Assembly: GCA_963813535.1 (NCBI GenBank)
Contig: CAWEZH010000002.1
Coordinates: 1,856,001 to 1,920,000 of the forward strand
Length of the DNA: 64,000 nucleotides
Source of the DNA: an uncultured Chloroflexia bacterium
Lineage (GTDB): Bacteria; Chloroflexota; Limnocylindria; Limnocylindrales; CSP1-4
Reading direction: 5' to 3'
Shown: one piece after another, positions 1-9,044 of the stretch
How positions within the stretch are numbered: position 1 is the first letter of the stretch
How the letters are laid out: each line of letters opens with the position of its first letter
Position numbers and translations under genes: made by a program
The notes under the pieces: model-generated
Database searches by the model: none
Seen by the model: the letters and a program-made list of their open reading frames with translations, nothing else
What the model was told of the DNA's origin: nothing

Positions 1-3000
1 GGACTTCCCGCTCGCGGCCACTGAGGCCGAACGTATCGCGACGCGGGTTGGCCTCGGCCGCTCCGGTGAGCCGCAGCGCGTCGACCAGGTCCGATCGATC
101 GCCGTCGGCGTTCGGACCGTTCGCCGATGCACCCGCCGCGATGGCCGTGGACGACGGCATGACACCGACGAGGTCGCGTGGGCGGTCGTCAGGACCAGCG
201 AGGCGCTCGTCGACCTCCGGGGGCAGCGTGATCAGGGCGCGACCGGCGAGCTCGCGAAGGTCGCGCAGGAGGGGCAGCGCGCCGAGCGTCAACGCGATGC
301 CGACCGCCTCGAGGAGCGGCACGCGCGCGTCGGCGCGCGCGGCACGTCCGGCACCGGATCCCAGCATCGCCTCGGCTTGGCGCCAGCGGGCTCGCGCCGT
401 CTCGTACGGGATATGGAGCGATACCCATGCGTCACCGACGGTGGTCCACACGGCGGGATCGTCGCGGCCGTCCACTCGGCGTCGATGCGCCTTCGCGGTC
501 GCCAGCCAGGCGTCGGCGAGTCGCCTCGACCCGAGCGTCCGGTCCACGCCGTGCTTCTTCACGATCGCCTCGGCGGCACGGATCACGTCGCGGGCGCGCT
601 CACGGGCCGCCGCCAGCCCCGCCAGGTCGCGGTGCTCGCGCGCCTCGGCAGCGCCGGCGGCCTCCACCTCGATGGCCGCGGCGGCGGTCCGGGCGGCAAG
701 GATCCAATCCTCGGTCTCGCGGACGAGGGCCCAGCCACGATCGATGGCGCGCCGCGCGTCGGCGAGGTCGCCCCGCCACAGCGCGAACGACGCTGACGCG
801 AGGTGGAGCGGCACGGCCTGTTGGGCGTCGCGGACGGCCTCGAGCTCCAGCAGCGTCTGACCCAGTAGCCGCCCTGCTGCCTCTCCCGCGGACAGTTCGA
901 TCTCGACCGTGGCCAGCGACACCAGCGCGTTCAGGAAGTTGATGCCGGTCGGAAGCCACTCGAGGGCGGTCATGCTCATCGCCCGTGCCTCCTCCCAGCG
1001 ACCGAGCAGGAAGAGTGAATCGGCGGCGTTGCCGCGCAGGATGTTCCCGTAGACCGCCTCGAGCCCGGCGTCCTTTGCGGCAGCGATGCCGGCGGACGCG
1101 ACGTCGACTGCTTCCTCATGCCGCCCCGCGAGCTCGAGCACCGTCGTGAGGTTGGCATGGACGCGGAAGAGCTCATCAAGGTCGCCGAGTTCCTCGGCCA
1201 TCGCACGCGCGTCGGTCAGGATCGCCAGCGCGGCCTCGGGGTCCGCCCGCCAACCGAGGGACACGCCGAGCGTCGTCGTCGCGTGGAGCTCCCACCGGCG
1301 GGCCGGCGGATCGCACGCCTGCGCGACGCGGATCGCGTCACGGGCGAGCCGCTCGGCCTGCGAGAACGTGCCTTCGAGCATCAGCATCTGGGCCAGACCC
1401 GCGACAACGGCTGCCCTCGCCGGCGACGGCGTCGTCGGCACGAGGTCGACCGCGCGACGGCGGGCGGCGAGCGACCCCTCCGCATCGCCGGCGACCCGTC
1501 GGAACTGGGCGAGCCGGTCGTGGAGCAGCCCGAGCCGGACGCGATCCCGGCGGCCGTCCGTCGCCGCGATCGCAGCGTCGAGGTATGCCGCGGCACGTAC
1601 CGGTCGCCCCGCGGCGAAGGCGGCTTCTGCGGCCCTGGCGTTGAGCTCGTTCGGTGGCAGGACGGGCGGATCGCTTCGTCGTCGGCCGCCGCGCCGCGAC
1701 GTGACGCCGGTCGCGCTGCCCGCGGCGATGGCGAGCTCCAGGGCCCGCAGCTCATCGAGCGGCGCGTCGACGGCACCCGCCGAATCCGCTGCGGCGATCG
1801 CCGCCTGGCGCACCGCGACCGGGTCGAGCGACGCTGAGAAGTGATGCATGGCCACGAAGGGCCGTTCGATGAGCGCTCGGGCGACCGCCGCGTGATGACG
1901 GATCCGCATCGACGGCAGCAAGTCGGCCTCGATCGCCTGGCCGACGAGCTCGTGCCGCAGAGCGAGCCCGTCGTCGTCGTCGCGGATGAAGCCGTACTCG
2001 ATACCTTCCTCGAGGCCGCGCGCCAGGTCGGCATCGAGGGGACCGTCGCCGCGGCGTGGCGCGTTCGAGGAGCGCGGCGGGCCACCCGTGAGCTCGGCTT
2101 CGAACTCCTCGGCGATCGTCGCCAGATCGGCACGGTCGAGCGGTCGGCCGGCCGGGGCGAGCAGACGCAGCGCGCGGCGGGCCTCAGGCGAGCGCGCTGC
2201 GATCCGGGCAAGGACCAGGTCCTGGAACGATGACGTGAGGGAGACCGCCGGGAGCTCGCGCCTGGCGGCCAGCAGCTCCTCGGCCACGAGAGGCCGGCCA
2301 CCGGACCGTTCGGCGACGACCACCAGCACGCTCGCCGACGGTCGCTCCTCCTCGATCGACTCGATGAGCCGGGCAAGTTCGTCACGGCTCAGGGGCGGCA
2401 GGGTGAGCAGCGACGGCGGCCGCGGCGCCAAGGCGAGTCCGGCGAGGTCGACGGCCCACGGATCCTCTCGCCGGAGCGCGTCGGCCTGATAGGTGCCGAC
2501 GATGGCCAGGCGGTTGGAACGGGCGATCCGGGCAAGGAACGTGACGAATGCCCGGGTGCCGGCGTCCGCCCGATGGAGATCCTCGACGATCAGCAGGACC
2601 GGGCGTTGCTCCCCGAGGCGGCCGAGCACCCCGAGGACGCCCTCGAGAAGTCGCGGCTGGCGCCGCTCGGGCACGACGGTGAGGACGCGCCGACCGGCAC
2701 CCTGCCCATCGACGCGTTCCGCGAGCTCCGGCAGCAGGCGCACGAGCTCGTCGGTCGCCGTGCCGAGGACGTACGCGAGGTCCTCGTCGGACAGGGCGGC
2801 GAGGGTCGGTCGCAATGCCCGGATGATCGGGTGGTACGGGGCGTCGGTCGCGGGACCGTAGGCGGCACCACGCATCACCGCCATCGGCTCCTGGAGACCG
2901 GAGACGCGGCGCAGGGCCTCGTCGATGAACCGGCTCGTGCCGACACCGGCAGTCCCGTCGATCAGCAGCGTCCCTGAGTCGCCGGCTGCGGCCGATCGGA

Positions 3001-3070
3001 TGACGGTCGCGAGTCTCGCGAACGCGTCCTCTCGCCCCACGAACCGCGCGCTCGTGTACCTGGCGGGCAT
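1..3070 (-). CDS. Large ATP-binding LuxR-family regulator (AAA ATPase + TPR-like + LuxR HTH), truncated at the window's left edge
   Basis: Not in the ORF track because it has no stop in the window. Manual translation from ATG 3070: MPARYTSARFVGRE..LLIDGTAGVGTSR (Walker A-like), LLIVEDLHRAD (Walker B), GGRPLVAEEL, LRHEL, a helical repeat region, ending FGLSGREREV (start of the LuxR HTH) at position 1. Confidence 0.9.
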   Translation of the reverse strand, partial: MPARYTSARFVGREDAFARLATVIRSAAAGDSGTLLIDGTAGVGTSRFIDEALRRVSGLQEPMAVMRGAAYGPATDAPYHPIIRALRPTLAALSDEDLAYVLGTATDELVRLLPELAERVDGQGAGRRVLTVVPERRQPRLLEGVLGVLGRLGEQRPVLLIVEDLHRADAGTRAFVTFLARIARSNRLAIVGTYQADALRREDPWAVDLAGLALAPRPPSLLTLPPLSRDELARLIESIEEERPSASVLVVVAERSGGRPLVAEELLAARRELPAVSLTSSFQDLVLARIAARSPEARRALRLLAPAGRPLDRADLATIAEEFEAELTGGPPRSSNAPRRGDGPLDADLARGLEEGIEYGFIRDDDDGLALRHELVGQAIEADLLPSMRIRHHAAVARALIERPFVAMHHFSASLDPVAVRQAAIAAADSAGAVDAPLDELRALELAIAAGSATGVTSRRGGRRRSDPPVLPPNELNARAAEAAFAAGRPVRAAAYLDAAIAATDGRRDRVRLGLLHDRLAQFRRVAGDAEGSLAARRRAVDLVPTTPSPARAAVVAGLAQMLMLEGTFSQAERLARDAIRVAQACDPPARRWELHATTTLGVSLGWRADPEAALAILTDARAMAEELGDLDELFRVHANLTTVLELAGRHEEAVDVASAGIAAAKDAGLEAVYGNILRGNAADSLFLLGRWEEARAMSMTALEWLPTGINFLNALVSLATVEIELSAGEAAGRLLGQTLLELEAVRDAQQAVPLHLASASFALWRGDLADARRAIDRGWALVRETEDWILAARTAAAAIEVEAAGAAEAREHRDLAGLAAARERARDVIRAAEAIVKKHGVDRTLGSRRLADAWLATAKAHRRRVDGRDDPAVWTTVGDAWVSLHIPYETARARWRQAEAMLGSGAGRAARADARVPLLEAVGIALTLGALPLLRDLRELAGRALITLPPEVDERLAGPDDRPRDLVGVMPSSTAIAAGASANGPNADGDRSDLVDALRLTGAAEANPRRDTFGLSGREREV

Positions 3071-3278
3071 CGGAAGCATCCTACACGGCGGACACCGCCG
3101 TTCATCCACCCTGGACCGAACCACGATCCTCCTGGAGCTCGGCCTGATGGTGCTGCTCGTGCTGCACCTGATGCCGAAGGATCGATCACGCTCGGCCGCT
3201 GACCGGACAGGACGTCCACGGCGCCGCGGTCTCGTTCCGGTAGCCGACCCCGCCCATCCGACCCGCTACGCTGCGGGC

Positions 3279-4226
3279 GTGACCGACCCGCGACCCGCAC
3301 CCCACCCGGACAACACGCTCAACGAGCTGTCGGGCGAGGAGTGGCTCTACTTCACCAAGTCGGTCCTCACGACGGCCTACCCGTCGGAGCTTGGCCACGC
3401 GGCTCGCAAGGCACATGGCGCGAACAAGCCACCGCGGCTCATGGCTCGGCTCATCGAGTTCTTCACCCGGACCGGCGAGCTGGTCCTCGACCCGTTCGCA
3501 GGGGTGGGTGGAACGCTGCTCGGTGCGGCCGTCGCGCGCGGTCCTCGGCGGGCGCTCGGGATCGAGCTCGATCCACGCTGGGTGGCCGTCTATCACGAGG
3601 TCCTCGCTGGTCTCGCCGCGGAGCGCGAAGGTCTGGGCCCGGCGATCGCCGAGCTCGGGACCGCCGACCCGGGCCCCGTCCGGGGGTTCGACCCCTCCGG
3701 GCTCGAGATGCGAACAGGCGACGCCCTCGAGCTGCTCCCGACCCTCGAGGACGAAACGATCGACCTGGTCGCGACCGATCCGCCCTACAACATCCAGTTG
3801 CCGCTGACGATGGCCGGCGGGGAACTCGCCAAGACGCACGCGAACCGCCGCACCGACTACGCGATGATCAGCGACGCGCCGGCCGATCTGGCCAACGCCC
3901 CGGACTATCCGAGCTTCCTCGACGCGATGGGTGCGGTGTTCGGCGAGCTCACCCGCGTCCTCAAGCGCGGTCGCTACGCCATCGTCATCGTCCGCGATGC
4001 GTACCAGGGCGGGCGCTACCAGTTCGTGGGGGCGGACCTCGCCGGCCGCGCGGAGGCAGCAGGTCTCGTGCCGAAGGGCGACCTCATCTGGCACCAGGCC
4101 GGCACCCGGCTACGACCGTACGGCTATCCGCGGGTCTTCGTGCCGAACATCACGCACCAGCACATCCTGGTCCTGCGGCGAGAGCCGCCCCGGCCGCCTC
4201 AGGCGCGGCGGCGGCTCTCGAGGTAG
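3279..4226 (+). CDS. Orphan SAM-dependent amino-methyltransferase (N4-C/N6-A DNA methylase-like)
   Basis: [11 protein letters not shown] (motif I), GIELD, ATDPPY (motif IV). GTG start chosen 6 nt after a TACGCT -10 box. Confidence 0.85.
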   Translation: MTDPRPAPHPDNTLNELSGEEWLYFTKSVLTTAYPSELGHAARKAHGANKPPRLMARLIEFFTRTGELVLDPFAGVGGTLLGAAVARGPRRALGIELDPRWVAVYHEVLAGLAAEREGLGPAIAELGTADPGPVRGFDPSGLEMRTGDALELLPTLEDETIDLVATDPPYNIQLPLTMAGGELAKTHANRRTDYAMISDAPADLANAPDYPSFLDAMGAVFGELTRVLKRGRYAIVIVRDAYQGGRYQFVGADLAGRAEAAGLVPKGDLIWHQAGTRLRPYGYPRVFVPNITHQHILVLRREPPRPPQARRRLSR

Positions 4227-5842
4227 GCGGAGAGCACGTCGCCGTCGACGTCATCGCCCATCGTCCAGGTATCGGCAGCGATCGGCATCGTGGCCGTCGG
4301 GGTGCTCTGGACCGGCGGATCTCCGATGGTGTCGCCCAACGTCATCTTGTGGATCCAGCCCTGACGACCGTCGGGGCACAGCACCAGCCAGTAGACGCCC
4401 CGCTTCTCCAGCAGCTGCACCTCGTCGCCCTGGTCGAGGAAGGCCACTTCGGTGCCCCGCAGCTCATCCGGGATGTCGAGTAGACGGACCAGGTTGTAGC
4501 GGATCAGCCGACGCTCATGCCCATCGATCGGTCCGACGAGACCGTGGTCGAACGTCAACCGCGGGATCTCGACGGCGTCGCGGATGGGGTCGGCCTTGCG
4601 CGCCACCATCAACGACGGCCGCCGCCAGCGCGGCATGTCGAGCTCCGCGTCGCGCGGGTTCGGGATGTCGACGACAGGAACGGCTGGATGCTCCCGCTCC
4701 ACGGTCGCGGCAGCCGGGGCAGGCTCGCGCGCTACGACATCGACATACCGGGCCGTCGCACCGACGGCCAAGGGTGTCGCGGCCGCATGGGCGAGGACCG
4801 CATCCGGTGCCGGCTGTTCGTCGTCGCGCCGACGTCTCCCGAAGACACTGAAGGCGAGCGTGGCGCCGACCACGCCCGACGTCGTCACCAGCGTGGCGAC
4901 GAGCCCGAGCGGGATCGTCGGACGACCCCCGGTCAGCAGGTCGAACCCGGCGACCAGGGCCGCGAGCGGTAGGTCGCCACCCGAGCCCGACGATGAGCCA
5001 CCCGGACCACCCCGTGGCGCGGCGGCGCCCCCGGTCGATCCAGCGCCGCCCATCGATCCGGAGCCGTCGCTCGGCCGGGGGACGACGGCCACCGCGTCAT
5101 CGCTCGGTGCGGGGCTTCCGGTCGATCCGGGTGCCGCAACACCGACGCGCGCGCTGGCGCTGGGTGATGCCACGACCGCCGGCGCCTTGGTCGGCGCAGG
5201 AGTCGCCGCGCGCGCGGGACGTTTCGACGGTCTGGGCGTCGGCCGGGGCGTCGATCGCGGGGTCGGCCGCGCCGTGGCCCGCGCCGTCGGCTTCGGCGTG
5301 GGCTTGGGCGTCGCCCTAGGGGTCGGTCGGGGCGTCGGCGCCGGGGTCGGCTTCGGTGTCGGCTTCGGGGTGGCCGTCGGCGCCGGGGTCGGCGTGGGCG
5401 ACGGCGTGGGAGCGGCCGTGATCTTGACGGTGCCGACATAGTCCTCGTCCCCGTTGCCGGCGACACTCCTCGTGCTGAGGTCGACTCGGTGGGTTCCCGG
5501 AGGCAGGGTGCCCGACCAGCTGAAGGTGACGCCGTGTTTCCAGTCGGAACCGGCCGTCTTCGTCATCGTCCGGGCCGCGCCACCCACGTCCACCCGCACC
5601 CATTGCGGGGGCGAGCCGTCGTCATCCCGGTAGCGGATCGAGATCTCGATCGTCGTCGCGGTCGTGCCGGAGCGCGGGCTGACCTTGGCATTGGACAAGT
5701 GTGTCGTCTCGTCCGCCCAGACCGGGGCGACGACCGAAAGCGCCAGCGCGATCGCCGCGATGGGAGCGACGATCCGTGGACCTCGTCCGCCGGCGATGCG
5801 TGGTCTCGATCCGGGCAGGGGGAAACGTGCGACGGGATGCAT
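4199..5842 (-). CDS. Membrane protein: signal peptide, beta-rich domain, Pro/Thr stalk, single TM, C-terminal SH3-like domain
   Basis: [16 protein letters not shown] signal; PTPK/PTPR repeats; hydrophobic segment followed by RRRR; C-terminal [31 protein letters not shown] resembles bacterial SH3. Start uncertain. Confidence 0.75.
   Translation of the reverse strand: MHPVARFPLPGSRPRIAGGRGPRIVAPIAAIALALSVVAPVWADETTHLSNAKVSPRSGTTATTIEISIRYRDDDGSPPQWVRVDVGGAARTMTKTAGSDWKHGVTFSWSGTLPPGTHRVDLSTRSVAGNGDEDYVGTVKITAAPTPSPTPTPAPTATPKPTPKPTPAPTPRPTPRATPKPTPKPTARATARPTPRSTPRPTPRPSKRPARAATPAPTKAPAVVASPSASARVGVAAPGSTGSPAPSDDAVAVVPRPSDGSGSMGGAGSTGGAAAPRGGPGGSSSGSGGDLPLAALVAGFDLLTGGRPTIPLGLVATLVTTSGVVGATLAFSVFGRRRRDDEQPAPDAVLAHAAATPLAVGATARYVDVVAREPAPAAATVEREHPAVPVVDIPNPRDAELDMPRWRRPSLMVARKADPIRDAVEIPRLTFDHGLVGPIDGHERRLIRYNLVRLLDIPDELRGTEVAFLDQGDEVQLLEKRGVYWLVLCPDGRQGWIHKMTLGDTIGDPPVQSTPTATMPIAADTWTMGDDVDGDVLSAYLESRRRA
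5205..5415 (-). repeat. Low-complexity coding repeat (about 12-bp units encoding [12 protein letters not shown])
   Basis: Recurring ggcgtcggc/ggggtcggc units on the + strand that translate to a Pro/Thr stalk. Confidence 0.8.
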
Positions 5843-6059
5843 CTGGGCGCGAGGATGCGGACGGTGCAGGGGGCCAGCAATGGTACGGGGGTCCGGTGGC
5901 TGGACGGCCGACCGGCCACGGGCGTTGCGGCAGGGCAACGAGTCGCGTCCGACAGGGCGGTTCAGGTGCGGTCCGGTAGGGCTCGTGGTCCCACCGGTCC
6001 GGGGTCGTTACCCCGCTTCGCCCATCGACGTCGTGGTGCATGCCGTCGAGGATGGGGGC

Positions 6060-6809
6060 ATGGAGGTCATCCAGCCGTCCCGACCAGTCCGTCGCCCGTC
6101 CCTCGTGCCGCTCCTCGGCGGCACGGTCCTTGGCACATTCCTCGTCGTCGGGGGCATCGTCCTCGCCTACGTCGCGCTTGCGACACCGGTCCTGCAGGCC
6201 GTCATGCCGGACGGCCGGCCGAGCATCGGCAAATCCGCCACGGCTGTCATCGTCTGGGCCATCGCCCTCGTCGCTCCGGCGGGCTTCCTCCTCATCGGCG
6301 CGAACCGGCTGGCGCGGATCCTGGCCTCGGTACGGGGCCGCATCCCGCGCCGATCGACCACGCTGCGGGCACTCGCCGACCGCTCCGACCTGGTCGTGGC
6401 GAGCGGCATCGCGCTACCGGATGGTCGCGGCGTGCCGGATCTCGTCATCGGCCAGTTCGGCGCCGCGGTCATCCGCGAGCTTCCGCCCGCCGAGGTGACA
6501 CGTGTCCGCGAAGGGCGCTGGGAACTGCGACTGCGGCGGGGCTGGGTCACGATCGAGAACCCGCTCGACCGCGCCGCCCGGGACGCCGAACGTGTCCGCC
6601 GCTGGCTCGCGCATGACGACGCCGATTTCATCGTCAAGGTCTATGCGGCCGTCGTCGGTCCATCGCCGAGTGTCCAGCGAGCGACCGATTGCGCCGTCCT
6701 CACGCCCGATCAGATCGGGCCCTGGATCGACGGACTGCCGCCGCAGCGCAGCCTGACCGATGGCCGCCGGGATCGACTCGTGGAGTTCGTGCGAGCAGCC
6801 ACGGCCTGA
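6060..6809 (+). CDS. Two-TM protein with a degenerate NERD-like domain
   Basis: Two N-terminal hydrophobic helices; VPDLVIGQFGAAVIREL and ENPLDRAARDAERVRRWL resemble NERD motifs. Confidence 0.65.
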   Translation: MEVIQPSRPVRRPSLVPLLGGTVLGTFLVVGGIVLAYVALATPVLQAVMPDGRPSIGKSATAVIVWAIALVAPAGFLLIGANRLARILASVRGRIPRRSTTLRALADRSDLVVASGIALPDGRGVPDLVIGQFGAAVIRELPPAEVTRVREGRWELRLRRGWVTIENPLDRAARDAERVRRWLAHDDADFIVKVYAAVVGPSPSVQRATDCAVLTPDQIGPWIDGLPPQRSLTDGRRDRLVEFVRAATA

Positions 6810-6826
6810 TCGCCGGACCACGGGGT

Positions 6827-6902
6827 TGGTAGGGGAGCCAGGACTCGAACCTGGAACCAGCGGGATATAAGCCCACCGCTCTGACCATTGAGCTACTCCC
6901 CC
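6827..6902 (-). tRNA. tRNA-Ile, anticodon UAU
   Basis: 76-nt cloverleaf GGGGGAG-TA-GCTC-AATGGTCA-GAGC-G-GTGGG-CTTATAT-CCCGC-TGGTT-CCAGG-TTCGAGT-CCTGG-CTCCCCT-A-CCA. Anticodon TAT at 6869-6867, discriminator A73, encoded CCA. Confidence 0.95.
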
Positions 6903-6946
6903 GCCGGGGATGCTACACCCGCCGCCCACACGGGCGGTCGCGCCGG

Positions 6947-7249
6947 TCAGTCGCCGATCAGGCGTCCGGCTATCGAGCGCAAGCGCAAGCGACGCCCGAC
7001 CAGGCGATGCCGACCGCCCGACGTCATCTCAGGGTGGGTATCGACGGCGGTCATCCCGCCGGGAGACCAGGCGCGCACGGGCAGCGTGGCGGCGAAGGCC
7101 CGGTCCTCCTCGGACTGGAACGCTTCGATCGGCAGGTCGTCAGGGTCGAACGGCCGCGGGGTCACGGCTTCCACCGCCGCCGGTGGGCGTGCGTACGCCG
7201 GTGCTCCGTACAGCTTGGGGAGCGCGACGTGCTGCTCGTCGATGGACAC
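6947..7249 (-). CDS. Hypothetical protein (~100 aa)
   Basis: GTG start, protein-like sequence (SIDEQHVALPKLYGAPAYARPP..FDPDDLPIEAF), fills an otherwise empty gap. Confidence 0.6.
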   Translation of the reverse strand: MSIDEQHVALPKLYGAPAYARPPAAVEAVTPRPFDPDDLPIEAFQSEEDRAFAATLPVRAWSPGGMTAVDTHPEMTSGGRHRLVGRRLRLRSIAGRLIGD

Positions 7250-7398
7250 GCGAAACCCCCAGCGAAAGGACGACCGCTCCCGGACCTGCCGGGGGCTCCG
7301 TCGGATGATGACGTGGTCCGCAGGGTAGCCGGAATGGTACGGAAGGGCTAGACGGCAGACGCCTGGCCCGCCGGATCGCGGTGCACGGAGGCACGACA

Positions 7399-7794
7399 TC
7401 AGCCGAACCATGGCCTGACGACCTGGAGCGCGACCACCATCACCAGCCATGCGATCGGCACGGCCGCGAAGAAGCCGAGCGCGGCGCTCCACCCGCTGCG
7501 CCGGCGGACGCTACCGGAGCCGGTCGGCTGGGGAACGATGAGATAGGTCACCAGGCTCCCGACCGCCAGGACGAGCACGGCATACGCGGCCAGGGCCAGC
7601 AGGCGGAGATCGCCGCCCGGGATGGCTGCCCCTCGGGAGATCGCGATGTCATAGACGAGATACAGGCCAGCCGCCCCGATCGCGATCGACAGGCTCGCGG
7701 CCACCGCCCGGACGACCGGTCGGGGAGCGTTGCGGAACTGGCGCCAGCGGATCTCCGCCCAGGAACGCTGGCGGACCGGCCGGCCGTCAGCCAC
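7399..7794 (-). CDS. Hypothetical membrane protein (3 TM)
   Basis: Three hydrophobic helices; its start overlaps the stop of the upstream PLP enzyme. Confidence 0.75.
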   Translation of the reverse strand: MADGRPVRQRSWAEIRWRQFRNAPRPVVRAVAASLSIAIGAAGLYLVYDIAISRGAAIPGGDLRLLALAAYAVLVLAVGSLVTYLIVPQPTGSGSVRRRSGWSAALGFFAAVPIAWLVMVVALQVVRPWFG

Positions 7795-9025
7795 CGGTGA
7801 GGATGGTCAGGGTCCGACGTGGCGGGACCGTCTCCGGGGTGTGCCCAGCCAGCAGCTCGACGCAATCGGTGAACCGGTCGAGCTCCGCCTCGGAGGTGAA
7901 GAACCCGACGCTGATCCGGAGCGCATCGACCAGCGGCACGGTCCGCGCCACGGCGAACACGCGCGCTCCCAGCTCGTCGAGTGCCGCCTCTGGCGACCAT
8001 CCGCCGATCCGGAACGTGACCAGCGTGGCCATGCGATCCAGCGGCGTGAGGACGTCGACGCCGTCGATGGCCGCCAACCGCTCGGACGCGCGGCGGGCAA
8101 GCGACGCCCCACGGTCATAGATCCAGTCGAGGCCGACGAACATGCTGAGCCAGCCGATCGAGCGGGCCATGCCGACGATCGAGGGCCGGTGGAAGTTGGA
8201 GGACTCGAAGCGCCGCGCATCTGGCCACCAGACGGCCGTGCCCGCGGAGTCGACGGATTCGAACGTGTAGTGCCCACCCCAGGACGGCGCGAATCCCTCG
8301 CGTGCTGCGGGCGCGACGGCGATCGCCCCCATGCCCTCCGGTCCCAGCAGCCACTTCTGGGCGGCGATCGCGTAGATGTCCGCACCTGTCGCCGCGAGAT
8401 CGACCGGCATCGCGCCGGCGGCCTGGGCGCCATCGACGATCAGCACGGCCCCGTGGGCATGGGCGATCTCCGCGATCCGTTCGACCGGCATGACCCGCCC
8501 GGTCGCCCACAGGACGTGCGACACGACGACGGCACGGGTCCGCTCGTCGATGGCCTGCTCGAAGCCGTCCAGGACCTCCTGCTCCGTGAGCGAATGCCCG
8601 ACGTCGACGAACGCCAGCTCGATACCGAGACGTGCCCGCAGGTCGTACAGGCCGCCGATACCGCCCGGATGCTCGAGGCGTGTCGTCACGGCGCGATCGC
8701 CCGGCCGCCAGTCGAGCCCCCAGACGCCGATGTTCATGCCGTCGGTCGTGGAGTGCGTGAGGGCGATGTCGCCCACGTCGGCCGTCAGCACCGCCGCGAC
8801 CGCGGCACGTGCCTCGGCCATGCGCTGGAGCGTCTCGTGGTAGTAGTCGAGATGGGCCCGCCCCGTACGCAGCTCGTACTCGGCCAGCTCCGCCATCGCG
8901 GCTGCTGTCTCGGCGGGCAGCGGCCCGACCGACCCGGTGTTCAGGTAGATGCCGGCCTCGAGCGCCGGGAGCGCCCCGCGGACAGCGGCGAGTCGGTCCG
9001 CGTCAGGTGGGTTCGGGGCGGACAC
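7787..9025 (-). CDS. Aminotransferase class V PLP enzyme, cysteine/cystine lyase (C-DES/CefD/EgtE)-like
   Basis: YLNTGSVGPLP, EHPG, SHVLWATG, VDGAQAAG, QKWLLGPEG (PLP lysine), LRISVGFF. No desulfurase catalytic Cys loop. Confidence 0.88.
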   Translation of the reverse strand: MSAPNPPDADRLAAVRGALPALEAGIYLNTGSVGPLPAETAAAMAELAEYELRTGRAHLDYYHETLQRMAEARAAVAAVLTADVGDIALTHSTTDGMNIGVWGLDWRPGDRAVTTRLEHPGGIGGLYDLRARLGIELAFVDVGHSLTEQEVLDGFEQAIDERTRAVVVSHVLWATGRVMPVERIAEIAHAHGAVLIVDGAQAAGAMPVDLAATGADIYAIAAQKWLLGPEGMGAIAVAPAAREGFAPSWGGHYTFESVDSAGTAVWWPDARRFESSNFHRPSIVGMARSIGWLSMFVGLDWIYDRGASLARRASERLAAIDGVDVLTPLDRMATLVTFRIGGWSPEAALDELGARVFAVARTVPLVDALRISVGFFTSEAELDRFTDCVELLAGHTPETVPPRRTLTILTGG

Positions 9026-9044
9026 GGCCCGTATCATACCGACG
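9026..9044. promoter_or_regulatory. Bidirectional overlapping -10 elements for two leaderless genes
   Basis: TATCAT 9032-9037 (+), 7 nt to ATG 9045; TATGAT 9038-9033 (-), 7 nt to GTG 9025. Confidence 0.7.

Noticed and set aside
2925-3278. N-terminal TM extension of the methyltransferase (TTILLELGLMVLLVLHL)
   Set aside because: It overlaps the divergent regulator's start and promoter, and a -10 box supports GTG 3279. The hydrophobic stretch may be a gene remnant but cannot be supported.
5205-5415. CRISPR-like or non-coding tandem array
   Set aside because: The units are degenerate 12-mers without spacers and encode a Pro/Thr stalk.
6810-6950. tRNA as an integration site for an island
   Set aside because: I saw no integrase, duplicated tRNA 3' end or compositional shift nearby.
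7250-7340. Structured leader upstream of the small hypothetical gene
   Set aside because: Only weak GC stems after a TACCAT box, with no recognisable motif or switch logic.
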